DNA from: a virus
DNA: 45,043 nucleotides
Virus record (IMG/VR): IMGVR_UViG_3300028549_000749
Span: 1 to 45,043 of that record
Direction: 5' to 3' (one strand)
In this document: piece after piece, positions 24,252-32,490 of the stretch
Layout: each line of letters starts with the position of its first letter
Numbering within the stretch: position 1 is the first letter of the stretch
Notes under the pieces: model-generated
Told to the model about the DNA's origin: nothing
Database searches by the model: none
What the model saw: only the letters and a program-made list of their open reading frames with translations
Made by a program: the position numbers and the translations under genes

Positions 24252-24448
24252 AAACAACAACCGGAAGACTTTTAACCGAGATCATTGTGGAGTGTCCTCA
24301 TTGCTACGAGATGATAAATATTTTGGAGCTACAAAATTTTAGGAGATATGTTCTCGATCCTGACAGCCTTGTGGGATCTGATCTTGAAATAAAAGTTGCT
24401 TGCCCTTCATGTAGCCAGAATTTTATCGTAACAGACGTTATTTATTAA
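24248..24448 (+). CDS. Zn-ribbon protein (66 aa)
   Basis: CPHC...CPSC. ATGA overlap. Confidence 0.6.
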   Translation: MKTTTGRLLTEIIVECPHCYEMINILELQNFRRYVLDPDSLVGSDLEIKVACPSCSQNFIVTDVIY

Positions 24449-24464
24449 CCAAAGGAGAGAAATC

Positions 24465-24704
24465 ATGAATTCAATCTTCATTCAACAACCAATTTTTTCG
24501 GCAATCATGAACGGGCAATGTAACCGGGTAAGGGTCCCCATAGACAACCAAAGCATAAAGCACTTTACAGAAGATGGCGGTCCGGAGACAGATGTTTGGA
24601 TCTATAATGAAAAGGCTGCCGGGCTTGCAAAGATCATATCCGCAACCATTGAGCACACTCCAGACAGGCGTGGTTTTAGGTGGGCGCTTGACATAGAAGC
24701 GTAG
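24465..24704 (+). CDS. Hypothetical protein, possibly ASCH/PUA-like
   Basis: The IQQPIFSAIMNGQCNRVRVPID N-terminus resembles ASCH. RBS aaaggagagaaatcATG. Confidence 0.5.
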   Translation: MNSIFIQQPIFSAIMNGQCNRVRVPIDNQSIKHFTEDGGPETDVWIYNEKAAGLAKIISATIEHTPDRRGFRWALDIEA

Positions 24705-24742
24705 ATAAATCACCAGCATTAAAAATAAAAAAGGAGTTTAAA

Positions 24743-24958
24743 TTGAAAAAAAGACAAAGAGTAGAGGCAGTACTGACAGCGAATTTAATTGTTTGTTGCC
24801 CAAAATGCGGTTTAAAGTTTGACCTTTTTACAGACAATAACGATGACGAAGGCGATTTTTCAGGGCCTATTTTTAATAATGAATGGTCTGACCTCGAAGG
24901 AAGAATAGTTGAATGTAAATGCGGATCTATTTTCGAGATTTCAAACGTGGAGTATTAA
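24743..24958 (+). CDS. Zn-ribbon protein (71 aa)
   Basis: CCPKCG...CKCGS. TTG start with the RBS aaggag. Confidence 0.55.
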   Translation: MKKRQRVEAVLTANLIVCCPKCGLKFDLFTDNNDDEGDFSGPIFNNEWSDLEGRIVECKCGSIFEISNVEY

Positions 24959-24967
24959 GATAAAGAA

Positions 24968-25002
24968 AGCCCCGGCCACAAAAGGAGTATTGTGCCGGGG
25001 CT
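24968..25002. other. Strong GC-rich hairpin (terminator-like, atypical flanks)
   Basis: agccccggc(c)aca / tgtgccggggct is a 12-bp stem with one bulge. The T-rich tract is on the minus strand only. Confidence 0.4.
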
Positions 25003-25054
25003 AAGGAAAGAACCATGAAAACGTCTAAATAATATCACTTAAAAAACACAAAGT

Positions 25055-25099
25055 AAAGGCAAAGTTTTGATTGACTTTGCCTTTTTAAGAGCGCATAAC
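25055..25099 (+). promoter_or_regulatory. Terminator/promoter composite, copy 1
   Basis: aaaggcaaagt-N8-actttgccttt plus T5 (a terminator shape). TTGACT (25071-76) lies inside the hairpin, N17, then CATAAC. Confidence 0.5.
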
Positions 25100-25130
25100 T
25101 TCATCATGATGTCAAAAAAAGGAGATTGGT

Positions 25131-25265
25131 TTGAAAAAATTAGAGTGTAAACGTTGTGGTCATAAATGGATTCCAAGGGTTGAAGGTAAACCAGTTGCTT
25201 GCCCTGCTTGCAATAGCCGAAAATGGAATGAAGAAAAAACATATAAAAAGGAGCTTGAAAAATGA
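25131..25265 (+). CDS. Zn-ribbon protein (44 aa)
   Basis: Not in the track. TTG start with the RBS aaggagattggt. (M)KKLECKRCGHKWIPRVEGKPVACPACNSRKW.. ATGA overlap with ant copy 2. Confidence 0.5.
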   Translation: MKKLECKRCGHKWIPRVEGKPVACPACNSRKWNEEKTYKKELEK

Positions 25266-26044
25266 ATCAAGTAACAACTATCAACACTTTGGAAGTAACA
25301 AAGCAATTCATTGGGACAGAAAAGGTAAATTCAGTGGATGCCAGGGCGCTGCATTTTTTCCTTGAGAGCGGACAAGAATTTGCGGCATGGATTAAAAACA
25401 GAATTACGCAATACGAGTTCACGGAAGGTATTGATTTTATTAGGTTTGATAATTCTATCAAAGCCGAAAATACCTATATTAATACCAAGGAGTACATAAT
25501 CACCATATACATGGCAAAAGAGCTTTCCATGGTTGAGCGTAACGAAAAGGGAAAGGAGGCCAGAAAATATTTTATCGAATGCGAAAAAAAGGCAAAGACA
25601 GCCTTGCCAGGAACCTTTGCAGAAGCTCTCCGGCTTGCAGCGGACCAGGCCGAACAGCTCGAAGCCCACAAGTTACAGATTGCCATGGATGCCGCCAAGA
25701 TTGCCCATGATAAGCCCCTGGTTGAATTTGCCCGAACAGTTGAAGGCACAGACAAGAAGATATCAATCGGAGACATGGCCAAGCTATCCGGAAAGATTGG
25801 CCGGAACAATCTATTCAAAAAAATGCAAGAAGAAAAGATCCTTATATCCCATGGCCGGGATCACAATAAACCATATCAGCGGTATATTGACCAGGGTTAT
25901 TTTGAGGTTACCGAGACTATTGTTAAGCGGGCGGCAGGCGATGTAATCACATTTACCACCCATGTTACCGGCAAGGGTCAAACTTGGCTTATGGGCAAGA
26001 TTAACGCTTGGTGTTCGACTGAAATCATTTTCATATCGTGTTGA
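25262..26044 (+). CDS. ant: Antirepressor, AntA/AntB N-terminal domain (copy 2)
   Basis: KVNSVDARALHFFLESGQEFAAWIKNRITQYEFTEGIDF...MAKELSMVERNEKGKEARKYFIECE. Confidence 0.75.
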   Translation: MNQVTTINTLEVTKQFIGTEKVNSVDARALHFFLESGQEFAAWIKNRITQYEFTEGIDFIRFDNSIKAENTYINTKEYIITIYMAKELSMVERNEKGKEARKYFIECEKKAKTALPGTFAEALRLAADQAEQLEAHKLQIAMDAAKIAHDKPLVEFARTVEGTDKKISIGDMAKLSGKIGRNNLFKKMQEEKILISHGRDHNKPYQRYIDQGYFEVTETIVKRAAGDVITFTTHVTGKGQTWLMGKINAWCSTEIIFISC

Positions 26045-26057
26045 AATATTTAATTGC

Positions 26058-26102
26058 GGGGCAAAGTTTATAGTTGACTTTGCCTTTTTTTGAGCGTATA
26101 AG
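26058..26102 (+). promoter_or_regulatory. Terminator/promoter composite, copy 2
   Basis: ggggcaaagt-N9-actttgcc plus T7. TTGACT (26074-79)-N17-TATAAG. About 35 nt are shared with copy 1. Confidence 0.55.
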
Positions 26103-26149
26103 TGTTAGTAGAAGTACAGGCAACAACTCATTGACAAAGGATAAAAAAA

Positions 26150-26329
26150 ATGGATTACGAAGAGATCAAAAAGGCAAGGGAATCTAAAGGCAAAACTCAA
26201 ATAGAGATTGCCAGGGAAGTTGGAGTATCTTTGTCGGGATATCGTTTATGGGAGGCTGGAGTTGGAAAGCCTACTCCTGAAAATCTGGAAAAACTTAAAA
26301 GGGTGCTTGAGCTGAAAGATAATGAATAA
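26150..26329 (+). CDS. XRE/Cro-type HTH regulator (59 aa)
   Basis: Not in the track. MDYEEIKKARESKGKTQIEIAREVGVSLSGYRLWEAGVGKPTPENLEKLKRVL. Confidence 0.75.
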   Translation: MDYEEIKKARESKGKTQIEIAREVGVSLSGYRLWEAGVGKPTPENLEKLKRVLELKDNE

Positions 26330-26834
26330 TCTACATGAAGGTCAATTAAAAAAAGACGTTGTAATTGAGCTGGTAAGAGAATGCCCTTGTGGGGAAATAT
26401 TTACCACCACAACGGAAACGATCAATGATTATGGAGAAATGTGGTGCGAAAAGTATGGGTTTTGTACTCAAAACTGCATGGAATACTTTCTTGATTATGA
26501 TGAATTTAAGGATTCAATACGGGACAACAACGGGCGAGTCGATTTTAACTCAAGTGGTGTTAAATGGAAAGAATGGGTTGAAAATAAAATAAAAGTTTAT
26601 GTGGGACATATGCCTTTGGATGATCTTTTTGAAATCCAGGCAGGAATCATGCAAAGCGTTGGGCAAATACAAGCCCTTATGGATCTTGGAGTCAGCTTTG
26701 AAGAAGCTGAAGATATCGCATGGAGTGATAAATCAGATAGATTGGTAATAAAAGATGGCAAGTGGTGGTTAAGAGAATCCAGTATTAAAAAACAAGAAGC
26801 AATTGAAGACAAGGCAAAAAATGGCCAACACTGA
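26322..26834 (+). CDS. Hypothetical protein (170 aa), Cys-rich N-terminus
   Basis: ORF in operon context. No family recognised. Confidence 0.6.
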   Translation: MNNLHEGQLKKDVVIELVRECPCGEIFTTTTETINDYGEMWCEKYGFCTQNCMEYFLDYDEFKDSIRDNNGRVDFNSSGVKWKEWVENKIKVYVGHMPLDDLFEIQAGIMQSVGQIQALMDLGVSFEEAEDIAWSDKSDRLVIKDGKWWLRESSIKKQEAIEDKAKNGQH

Positions 26835-27669
26835 TATCAGAATAGCCGTTTCGTTTAAAGGCCATCGCAAAAGGAAACGTCTTCAGCGTCTCCTTGGTTT
26901 TGGAGCGGAGACTTACCTGATAGATTTGTGGATAACGGTTGCAATGGATGCCCCGGAAGGGGTTTTAGTTGGATGGGACGAGGAAGATATTGCAGATGCT
27001 TGTGGATGGACAGAAGATCCAAAGAAACTCATTAATGCTTTAATCGAATCAAATTGGATAGAAAAAGATGGCGACGGGAACTATTGTTTGCATGATTGGT
27101 GTGAAAATCAGTCTTGGGCTTGTAATGCAAAAATTAGAAGCAATGCAGCAAAAAAAGCTGCAAAAGTACGATGGGATGGAAATAACAGTTCTGATTTTAT
27201 GCAAACAGCATGCACATACGATGCGGAGGGCAATGCGGATTTATGCGGACCGCATGCGGAGGGCAATGCCCCTTACCTTACCTTACCTATCCTTACCTTA
27301 CCTAAAGAAAAAACCTTCTCCCCTGAACTTTGCAAGTTCACGGATAATTTTATAAAATTTGTTTTGAAGGAAAGATCGAACAAAGCACCAAAGGAAACCA
27401 AGTCACTCATTGAAAACTCTTTAGATACTCTTGATAAACTCATAAGGCTTGATGGGTTTACATTGGAATATATTCAAGACGTAACAAGGTGGGCCATCAA
27501 TGATGAATTTTATTCCGCTAACTTTTTTTCCCTGGCCCCGCTTAGATCAAAAAGCCCAAATGGTGCAACCAAGTTTGCAAATATGGCCAGCAAGTATGAC
27601 AAGCAAAACAACAGTGTTAACAATAAAACCGAAAACAATGAGAGGATGGAAAAATGGGTAAACCGGTGA
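26821..27669 (+). CDS. Replication initiator / replisome-organizer-like protein
   Basis: Position upstream of the loader-like and DnaB genes. Winged-helix-like N-terminus (LIDLWITVAMDAPEGVL...DIADACGW...LINALIESNWIEKDGDGNYCLHDW). Iterons lie inside the gene. ATG at 26821 is preferred to the TTG at 26803. Confidence 0.5.
   Translation: MANTDIRIAVSFKGHRKRKRLQRLLGFGAETYLIDLWITVAMDAPEGVLVGWDEEDIADACGWTEDPKKLINALIESNWIEKDGDGNYCLHDWCENQSWACNAKIRSNAAKKAAKVRWDGNNSSDFMQTACTYDAEGNADLCGPHAEGNAPYLTLPILTLPKEKTFSPELCKFTDNFIKFVLKERSNKAPKETKSLIENSLDTLDKLIRLDGFTLEYIQDVTRWAINDEFYSANFFSLAPLRSKSPNGATKFANMASKYDKQNNSVNNKTENNERMEKWVNR
27221..27305. repeat. Iteron cluster / candidate replication origin inside the initiator gene
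   Basis: ATGCGGA at 27221, 27233, 27243 and 27254 (spacing 12/10/11). The 16-mer ATGCGGAGGGCAATGC occurs twice. (CTTAC)3-CTATC-(CTTAC)2 at 27272-27302, then an A-rich run. Confidence 0.55.
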
Positions 27670-27932
27670 TGTCAAAGGCAACGTTTTTTAAATACATTGA
27701 AAAACTTGAAATCGCAATCAGGACAAGATTGGAAGAGCGAGAGCTTGATGTTTATTATGCTCACTTAAAAAGTTTACCAGAAGATGTTTTGTCAAAAAGA
27801 GTTGGCGAGCTTATACTTTCAAACAAGTTTTTCCCCAAAGTTTCTGAAATCTGGAACGGTTATGCCGGGCCAGCACGGGAGCCGCTGTCTCAAGAGCAGG
27901 AACAAAAAAGGTTTGAGGATGTTTTCAAATGA
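27654..27932 (+). CDS. Possible helicase-loader (G39P-like) protein
   Basis: Small gene immediately upstream of dnaB with ATGA coupling. YYAHLKSLPEDVL...KFFPKVSEIW resembles the SPP1 G39P family. Tentative. Confidence 0.35.
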   Translation: MGKPVMSKATFFKYIEKLEIAIRTRLEERELDVYYAHLKSLPEDVLSKRVGELILSNKFFPKVSEIWNGYAGPAREPLSQEQEQKRFEDVFK

Positions 27933-29251
27933 TTGAAAGCTACCTGCCACCGCAAAACAAATCAGCAGAAGAAGCTGTATTGTCTGCCCTGATGATATTC
28001 GAGCGAGATCCTAAACAGATATCGTTTTTGGATGAAGATGATTTTTATTTTAAAAACAATAGTTTGATATTTAGGGCTATAAGATGCCTTTCAAAAAAAC
28101 ATGAACCCGTAGACGTTGTTTCCGTTGCTCAAAAACTCGGGGAACTTGGAGATATTGAAAATATAGGTGGGATATCATACCTGACAACCATCATGGATTC
28201 TGCCCCGGTAGCTGTAAATTTCCGACACTATGCTCAGATTGTAAAAGATTGCGCCGTCCAAAGAAAAGTTATCTTTGCGGCTCAATCAATTGTCACTGAG
28301 GGATTGATAAAAAGGACTCCAGCAGAAGAACTTGTAAGTATGGCTCAGTCGGTCATGCTCGGGATAAAAACAACAGGCAACGATGATTCCATTGTAGGGG
28401 CGGTAAACTATGCCGATGAAGGTTTGAATTATATTGAGAACCTCAGCAACGGCATGAACCCAAACCGTGTTAAAACAGGCTTTAGTCAATTCGACAGCAT
28501 ATGTAATATCATGGGGCCGTTGCTGATATTGATAGCAGCAAGGCCAGGAATAGGCAAGACGTCTTTTGCATTATCGATCATGAGAAACATGCTCAGGATG
28601 GAGGACAGTGTGGGGTTTTTGTCGCTGGAGATGCCCAAGGAGCAGATATTTTTGCGGCACGTTGCAATTGAATCGGGAATAAATCTTGCTCGTTTTAACC
28701 TACCACAAGGGACCAATGGGGCGCTATCTGAGGATGAGTGGAACGATGTTGGCAGGATGACTGACATGATAAGCAGGCTACCCCTTGCGATAGATGATAG
28801 CCCTGCAAGTATTGAAGACGTTGAAAGAAAGGGCAGGATAATGAAAGAGAAGTTCGACATAAAAGCTCTTTTCGTAGATCAATTATCAAAAATTAAGGGA
28901 GGGAGAGGCAGTCTGTATGAAATTTACACAAGCCGGGTAAACCGGATAGCTGATTTAAAAAAAGAGCTTGGAATACCCATTTTTCTCCTGGCCCAGATAA
29001 ACCGAAGCGTTACGGAAAATGCAGATAAAATGCCGACCATGGCCAGCCTCAAGCAAACTGGTGCATTGGAAGAAGATGCTGATATGATATTTTTCTTAAA
29101 TCGTCCTGGTTATTACGATGAAAAAATTGATAAAAGTATTGCAGAGATAAATCTTGCAAAACATAGAAACGGCGCTCCATGGTGGCACAATAAGATAAAT
29201 TTCAACCAGGGAACAACTTATTATTCAGAAAATTTAAATGGAGAGATATAA
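27929..29251 (+). CDS. dnaB: Replicative DNA helicase, DnaB family
   Basis: N-terminus LPPQNKSAEEAVLSALM, Walker A AARPGIGKTSFAL, and FVDQLSKI / LAQINRSV motifs. Confidence 0.9.
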   Translation: MIESYLPPQNKSAEEAVLSALMIFERDPKQISFLDEDDFYFKNNSLIFRAIRCLSKKHEPVDVVSVAQKLGELGDIENIGGISYLTTIMDSAPVAVNFRHYAQIVKDCAVQRKVIFAAQSIVTEGLIKRTPAEELVSMAQSVMLGIKTTGNDDSIVGAVNYADEGLNYIENLSNGMNPNRVKTGFSQFDSICNIMGPLLILIAARPGIGKTSFALSIMRNMLRMEDSVGFLSLEMPKEQIFLRHVAIESGINLARFNLPQGTNGALSEDEWNDVGRMTDMISRLPLAIDDSPASIEDVERKGRIMKEKFDIKALFVDQLSKIKGGRGSLYEIYTSRVNRIADLKKELGIPIFLLAQINRSVTENADKMPTMASLKQTGALEEDADMIFFLNRPGYYDEKIDKSIAEINLAKHRNGAPWWHNKINFNQGTTYYSENLNGEI

Positions 29252-29440
29252 ATGCAAAAAGCTACACCTGTGCAACTTAGAACATCCATGGACTTGGCAT
29301 TAAAAATGCAAAAAGCGGGACTTAGATTTGTTTCAATACCTGTTTTTAATGATGATGATTTTTCAAAAATGATGCTTGAAGTTGGTAGAAGAATTGATGA
29401 AATTATAACGTCAAACTCCAGAAATGAGGAGCCAAAATGA
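29252..29440 (+). CDS. Hypothetical protein (62 aa)
   Basis: Tight spacing after dnaB. Confidence 0.55.
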   Translation: MQKATPVQLRTSMDLALKMQKAGLRFVSIPVFNDDDFSKMMLEVGRRIDEIITSNSRNEEPK

Positions 29441-29619
29441 AACACACAATAATATTCAGAGACGCAACGGCAAAAGGCGGAGACGGCAGGTTTTTTCTAA
29501 AAATTCAGGTTCCAGGGAATAAGACCATTGAAGATGTTTTACAGTACAAAAGAGCCATATCGGAAAATTTATCCGTTTACATGACAGACATAATTGTAGA
29601 AATACGGTCAGGAAAGTAG
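29437..29619 (+). CDS. Hypothetical protein (60 aa)
   Basis: ATGA overlap. Confidence 0.55.
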   Translation: MKHTIIFRDATAKGGDGRFFLKIQVPGNKTIEDVLQYKRAISENLSVYMTDIIVEIRSGK

Positions 29620-29692
29620 TTTTTAAGCTGATATATAACGTTTCAATAAAAAGCCATACGGTAGTATCAACCAAACTTGAAAGGGGTTAAAA

Positions 29693-29884
29693 ATGGAACA
29701 ATTCAACACAAACACCGAACCGTACGAGATTGAGCATTGGTCAGAAATTTTAGGCCAATTGGTTATAATTAAGAGAGTCAAAATAAAACAAGACCTGCAA
29801 CACCCATGTTGTATAGAGCTTCCGACTAAAAACGATATTTGGATAGCCAAGCGAAATAAAATAGTTATGAGGAGGCTAAAATGA
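29693..29884 (+). CDS. Hypothetical protein (63 aa)
   Basis: RBS aaaggggttaaaaATG. Confidence 0.55.
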   Translation: MEQFNTNTEPYEIEHWSEILGQLVIIKRVKIKQDLQHPCCIELPTKNDIWIAKRNKIVMRRLK

Positions 29885-30360
29885 TCGCAAAAAAGAAGAT
29901 CGAGAGCAACAGTATTGGTTATGTGTTTGAGTGCGGCTGTAAGGCCAAGTTTGGATCAGCGTACAACGACACGGTGACAAACCAGATCGTCTGCCAGAAA
30001 CACAAAGCGCGAATTGCTTTTAAGGTTTTCAAATGCCGAAAATGTGGGATAGTGTTTGAAAAAACTGCAAAATCAGCCACTTATTGCGATGTTTGTCGGG
30101 TTTTAAGTATCTCCGACAGCACGAGAAAAAAAACGCTTGTCATGAAATTGAAACAATCTTTTGACTATGAAGAAAAAGAAAGGCCAGGTTTTGATCAAAC
30201 CCGCCGGGCAGATTGCCGGTTCGGAGATCGCTGTCTTGATAGGGCCTGTTTCAACGATGAATCATTCAACTGCTTTGGATGCAGGAGGTTTACCCCAAGA
30301 CAAGAGCTTGATATCTTGGACTACACAACAACGGGCTTTACTTTTGAGGTGGAAGCATGA
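29881..30360 (+). CDS. Multi-Cys (Zn-finger-like) protein (159 aa)
   Basis: ATGA overlap. Several CxxC/CxC pairs. Confidence 0.6.
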   Translation: MIAKKKIESNSIGYVFECGCKAKFGSAYNDTVTNQIVCQKHKARIAFKVFKCRKCGIVFEKTAKSATYCDVCRVLSISDSTRKKTLVMKLKQSFDYEEKERPGFDQTRRADCRFGDRCLDRACFNDESFNCFGCRRFTPRQELDILDYTTTGFTFEVEA

Positions 30361-30878
30361 TTGAAAAGATGGACTCTCAAGAAGAGATGGATTTCCACGA
30401 GTGGTTGCTTGACGCCGAGCGCGCCGGGCTTGTGAGAGATATCTCTTACCATCCATGGACATTTGGTCTTTCAGAAAAAGTCTCCGTAACAGTTGGAAAA
30501 AAGCTCAAAACAAAGACCCAACTGGTTGAAAAGTTTTTGCTTCACCCGCACGAATATACGCCTGATTTTAGTTTTGAATGGGATCCAGTTGTAAAGTTAT
30601 TCTTTACAACTGGAAATATGACATGGGTTGACGTAAAAGGGGGATTCGGACGGCACGGAGATTCCAAGCAATTCAGCATAAATCAAAAATGGGTCTATCA
30701 AAAGCATGGGATTTACATCAACAAAGTTGTGCCTGAAAAGCTGTTTTTAAAGACATGGGTTCCCGAGGCTTGCAGATACACCCCCAAAAAAAGAGACCTG
30801 ATAAAAAAGTATGCCAATGCCTTAACTTTAAACGAGTATTTAAACAAAACAGAGGGGAAGAATGACACCAACAGATAA
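30357..30878 (+). CDS. PD-(D/E)xK nuclease-like protein (DUF1064/VRR-NUC-like), possible junction resolvase
   Basis: HEYTPDF...WVDVKG resembles the D...(D/E)xK core. ATGA overlap. Confidence 0.4.
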   Translation: MIEKMDSQEEMDFHEWLLDAERAGLVRDISYHPWTFGLSEKVSVTVGKKLKTKTQLVEKFLLHPHEYTPDFSFEWDPVVKLFFTTGNMTWVDVKGGFGRHGDSKQFSINQKWVYQKHGIYINKVVPEKLFLKTWVPEACRYTPKKRDLIKKYANALTLNEYLNKTEGKNDTNR

Positions 30879-31338
30879 ATTCATGAATGAAAACGAGTTT
30901 TTTACCTGTCCAGGCCTGGACGATATCCCATGCAAAATGGCAATAGCTGAATGCGCCAGGCTCCAGAAAAGGGCCAAGGCAAGCAAAAAAGGGACAGTCA
31001 AGGATACATATGGGAATTTTACGCATGACCTGAGCAGATGTTTGACGTGCCGGACGGGCAAAAAGAACCTGCTCAAGTCAGTTGGTAAAGTGAAAACCGT
31101 TATTGTACCAGGTCTTTATGAAGAATACAACGTCAAGACTTGCGCTTGCGGGAAAAAATTTACTCGGGACCATTCGAAACGCTCGTTTTCCTGGAAAAAT
31201 ACGGTTTTGTGTGATCAGTGCAAAGAGCTGACAAAAAAGAAACGTGAAGAAAAGATATCAAAAATTAAGGAGATCAAGGTATTTGCAATGCAGTTTAAGC
31301 AGGCTTTGATAGAGCTTAAAATGAAAGTTAATGCTTGA
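30862..31338 (+). CDS. Basic multi-Cys protein (158 aa)
   Basis: RBS agaggggaagaATG. Contains CLTC, CAC and CDQC. Confidence 0.6.
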   Translation: MTPTDKFMNENEFFTCPGLDDIPCKMAIAECARLQKRAKASKKGTVKDTYGNFTHDLSRCLTCRTGKKNLLKSVGKVKTVIVPGLYEEYNVKTCACGKKFTRDHSKRSFSWKNTVLCDQCKELTKKKREEKISKIKEIKVFAMQFKQALIELKMKVNA

Positions 31339-31393
31339 TATTATTGGCTAAATTTGGTATGATTACTGTAATTTAAAACAAAAGGAAATAATC

Positions 31394-31708
31394 ATGAAAT
31401 TAGGGATCTCAATTCGGATAGATGTTACAAAAATTGATAAAAACCGTATCTTTATCGGCGCAAAAGGTAAGTATATCGATCTTACCACCTTCATCGACAC
31501 AGATAAACCCTCATCCTTCGGTGATCATGGTTTTGTGGCCCAATCGGTGAGCAAAGAGGAAAAAGCAAACGGAGTCAAAACTCCAATCATAGGCAACGTA
31601 AAGGTATTTTATGGCCTGGAAAAGCCAGGTTATCAGCCACAGGGCCAGGGATACCAGCCTACGCAGCAAGCCGGATATGTGCCACCTCAAGACGATTGCC
31701 CATTTTAA
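31394..31708 (+). CDS. Possible ssDNA-binding protein with an SSB-like acidic C-terminal tip
   Basis: Ends PPQDDCPF (compare the E. coli SSB tip DDDIPF), preceded by a Gly/Gln/Pro-rich linker (GYQPQGQGYQPTQQAGY). Confidence 0.45.
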   Translation: MKLGISIRIDVTKIDKNRIFIGAKGKYIDLTTFIDTDKPSSFGDHGFVAQSVSKEEKANGVKTPIIGNVKVFYGLEKPGYQPQGQGYQPTQQAGYVPPQDDCPF

Positions 31709-31723
31709 CCAAAGGAGAAAACC

Positions 31724-31930
31724 ATGGAAATATCAGAACTAAAGATCAGAAAACACCAGCTTGAAAAAGATATCACAAAGAAAATATCTCAACTTGTGGA
31801 AGAATTTTCAAAAGAAACGGGGGTTGTGCCATCGAGAATAAGCATAGATGTTGGAAGCGTTTCTCCATTTGGCCTTACTGTCCCCATTATCGGATATGTA
31901 AGCTCTGCCACGGTAGATATAGAAATTTAA
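31724..31930 (+). CDS. Hypothetical protein (68 aa)
   Basis: RBS aaaggagaaaaccATG. Confidence 0.6.
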   Translation: MEISELKIRKHQLEKDITKKISQLVEEFSKETGVVPSRISIDVGSVSPFGLTVPIIGYVSSATVDIEI

Positions 31931-31939
31931 GGAGAAACC

Positions 31940-32293
31940 ATGAAAATAGACTGGACACCAGGATCAAAAGGGTATGGGCTACCGACCGGCAACAACGCCA
32001 GGCACGAAAAAGGTTTGGTGGAATTTGAAGTTGTCAAGATGAAACGCAAATATGTCACGCTGATGAAAAAAGGATGGTTGATACCAGAAGATTACGCACC
32101 ACTTACCGGCATGAGTGTAGGAGGGGACTGGAACGCAGGCTATGAGTTTTACAGCTCCCCCCAGGGATACGCTGATCATCTTGAGATAAACAGAAAGCGC
32201 ATGAAGATAATTGGAGTTTTGCAAAGATTTGAGTTGCAAGATTCTCAAATTGAAGCCATGTATAATGCGATCAAATGGCCGGAGGTATCATGA
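31940..32293 (+). CDS. Hypothetical protein (117 aa)
   Basis: RBS taaggagaaaccATG. Confidence 0.6.
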   Translation: MKIDWTPGSKGYGLPTGNNARHEKGLVEFEVVKMKRKYVTLMKKGWLIPEDYAPLTGMSVGGDWNAGYEFYSSPQGYADHLEINRKRMKIIGVLQRFELQDSQIEAMYNAIKWPEVS

Positions 32294-32457
32294 TAAAAAA
32301 AGCCCCAGAGATATGCCAAAAATGCTGGAACTTGGATGGCGAGTATGATGACAATAGCCATAAAACACATTACACATGCAAGATCAATATATTTTTGCCG
32401 CACAAAAAACAAACATGTTATAAATTTAAAGCCCTTCAAATAAAAAAGGCTGAATAA
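32290..32457 (+). CDS. Cys-rich small protein (55 aa)
   Basis: Trimmed to the ATG in ATGA overlap, with the RBS ggaggtatcATG. Confidence 0.5.
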   Translation: MIKKAPEICQKCWNLDGEYDDNSHKTHYTCKINIFLPHKKQTCYKFKALQIKKAE

Positions 32458-32464
32458 ACAAAAA

Positions 32465-32485
32465 AGCCGGGCTAATAACCCGGCT
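32465..32485. terminator. Terminator between convergent operons (canonical on the minus strand)
   Basis: agccggg-N7-cccggct. The minus strand continues with tttttt, and the plus strand has an A5 tract upstream. Confidence 0.65.
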
Positions 32486-32490
32486 AAGTT

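Noticed and set aside
24968-25002. The strong hairpin after the 24743-24958 gene, considered as a canonical + strand intrinsic terminator
   Set aside because: It is flanked by A-rich sequence on both sides of the + strand, so the U-tract would be on the minus strand only. It is kept as a terminator-like hairpin of uncertain function.
25331-25946. Overlapping ORFs on both strands inside ant copy 2 (112, 114, 137 and 64 aa)
   Set aside because: The ant frame has clear family motifs, whereas the others are Arg/Ser/Pro-rich frame artefacts.
27068-27355. 95-aa alternative-frame ORF across the iteron region
   Set aside because: It is embedded in the initiator ORF, has no SD, and is kept open only by the repetitive sequence.
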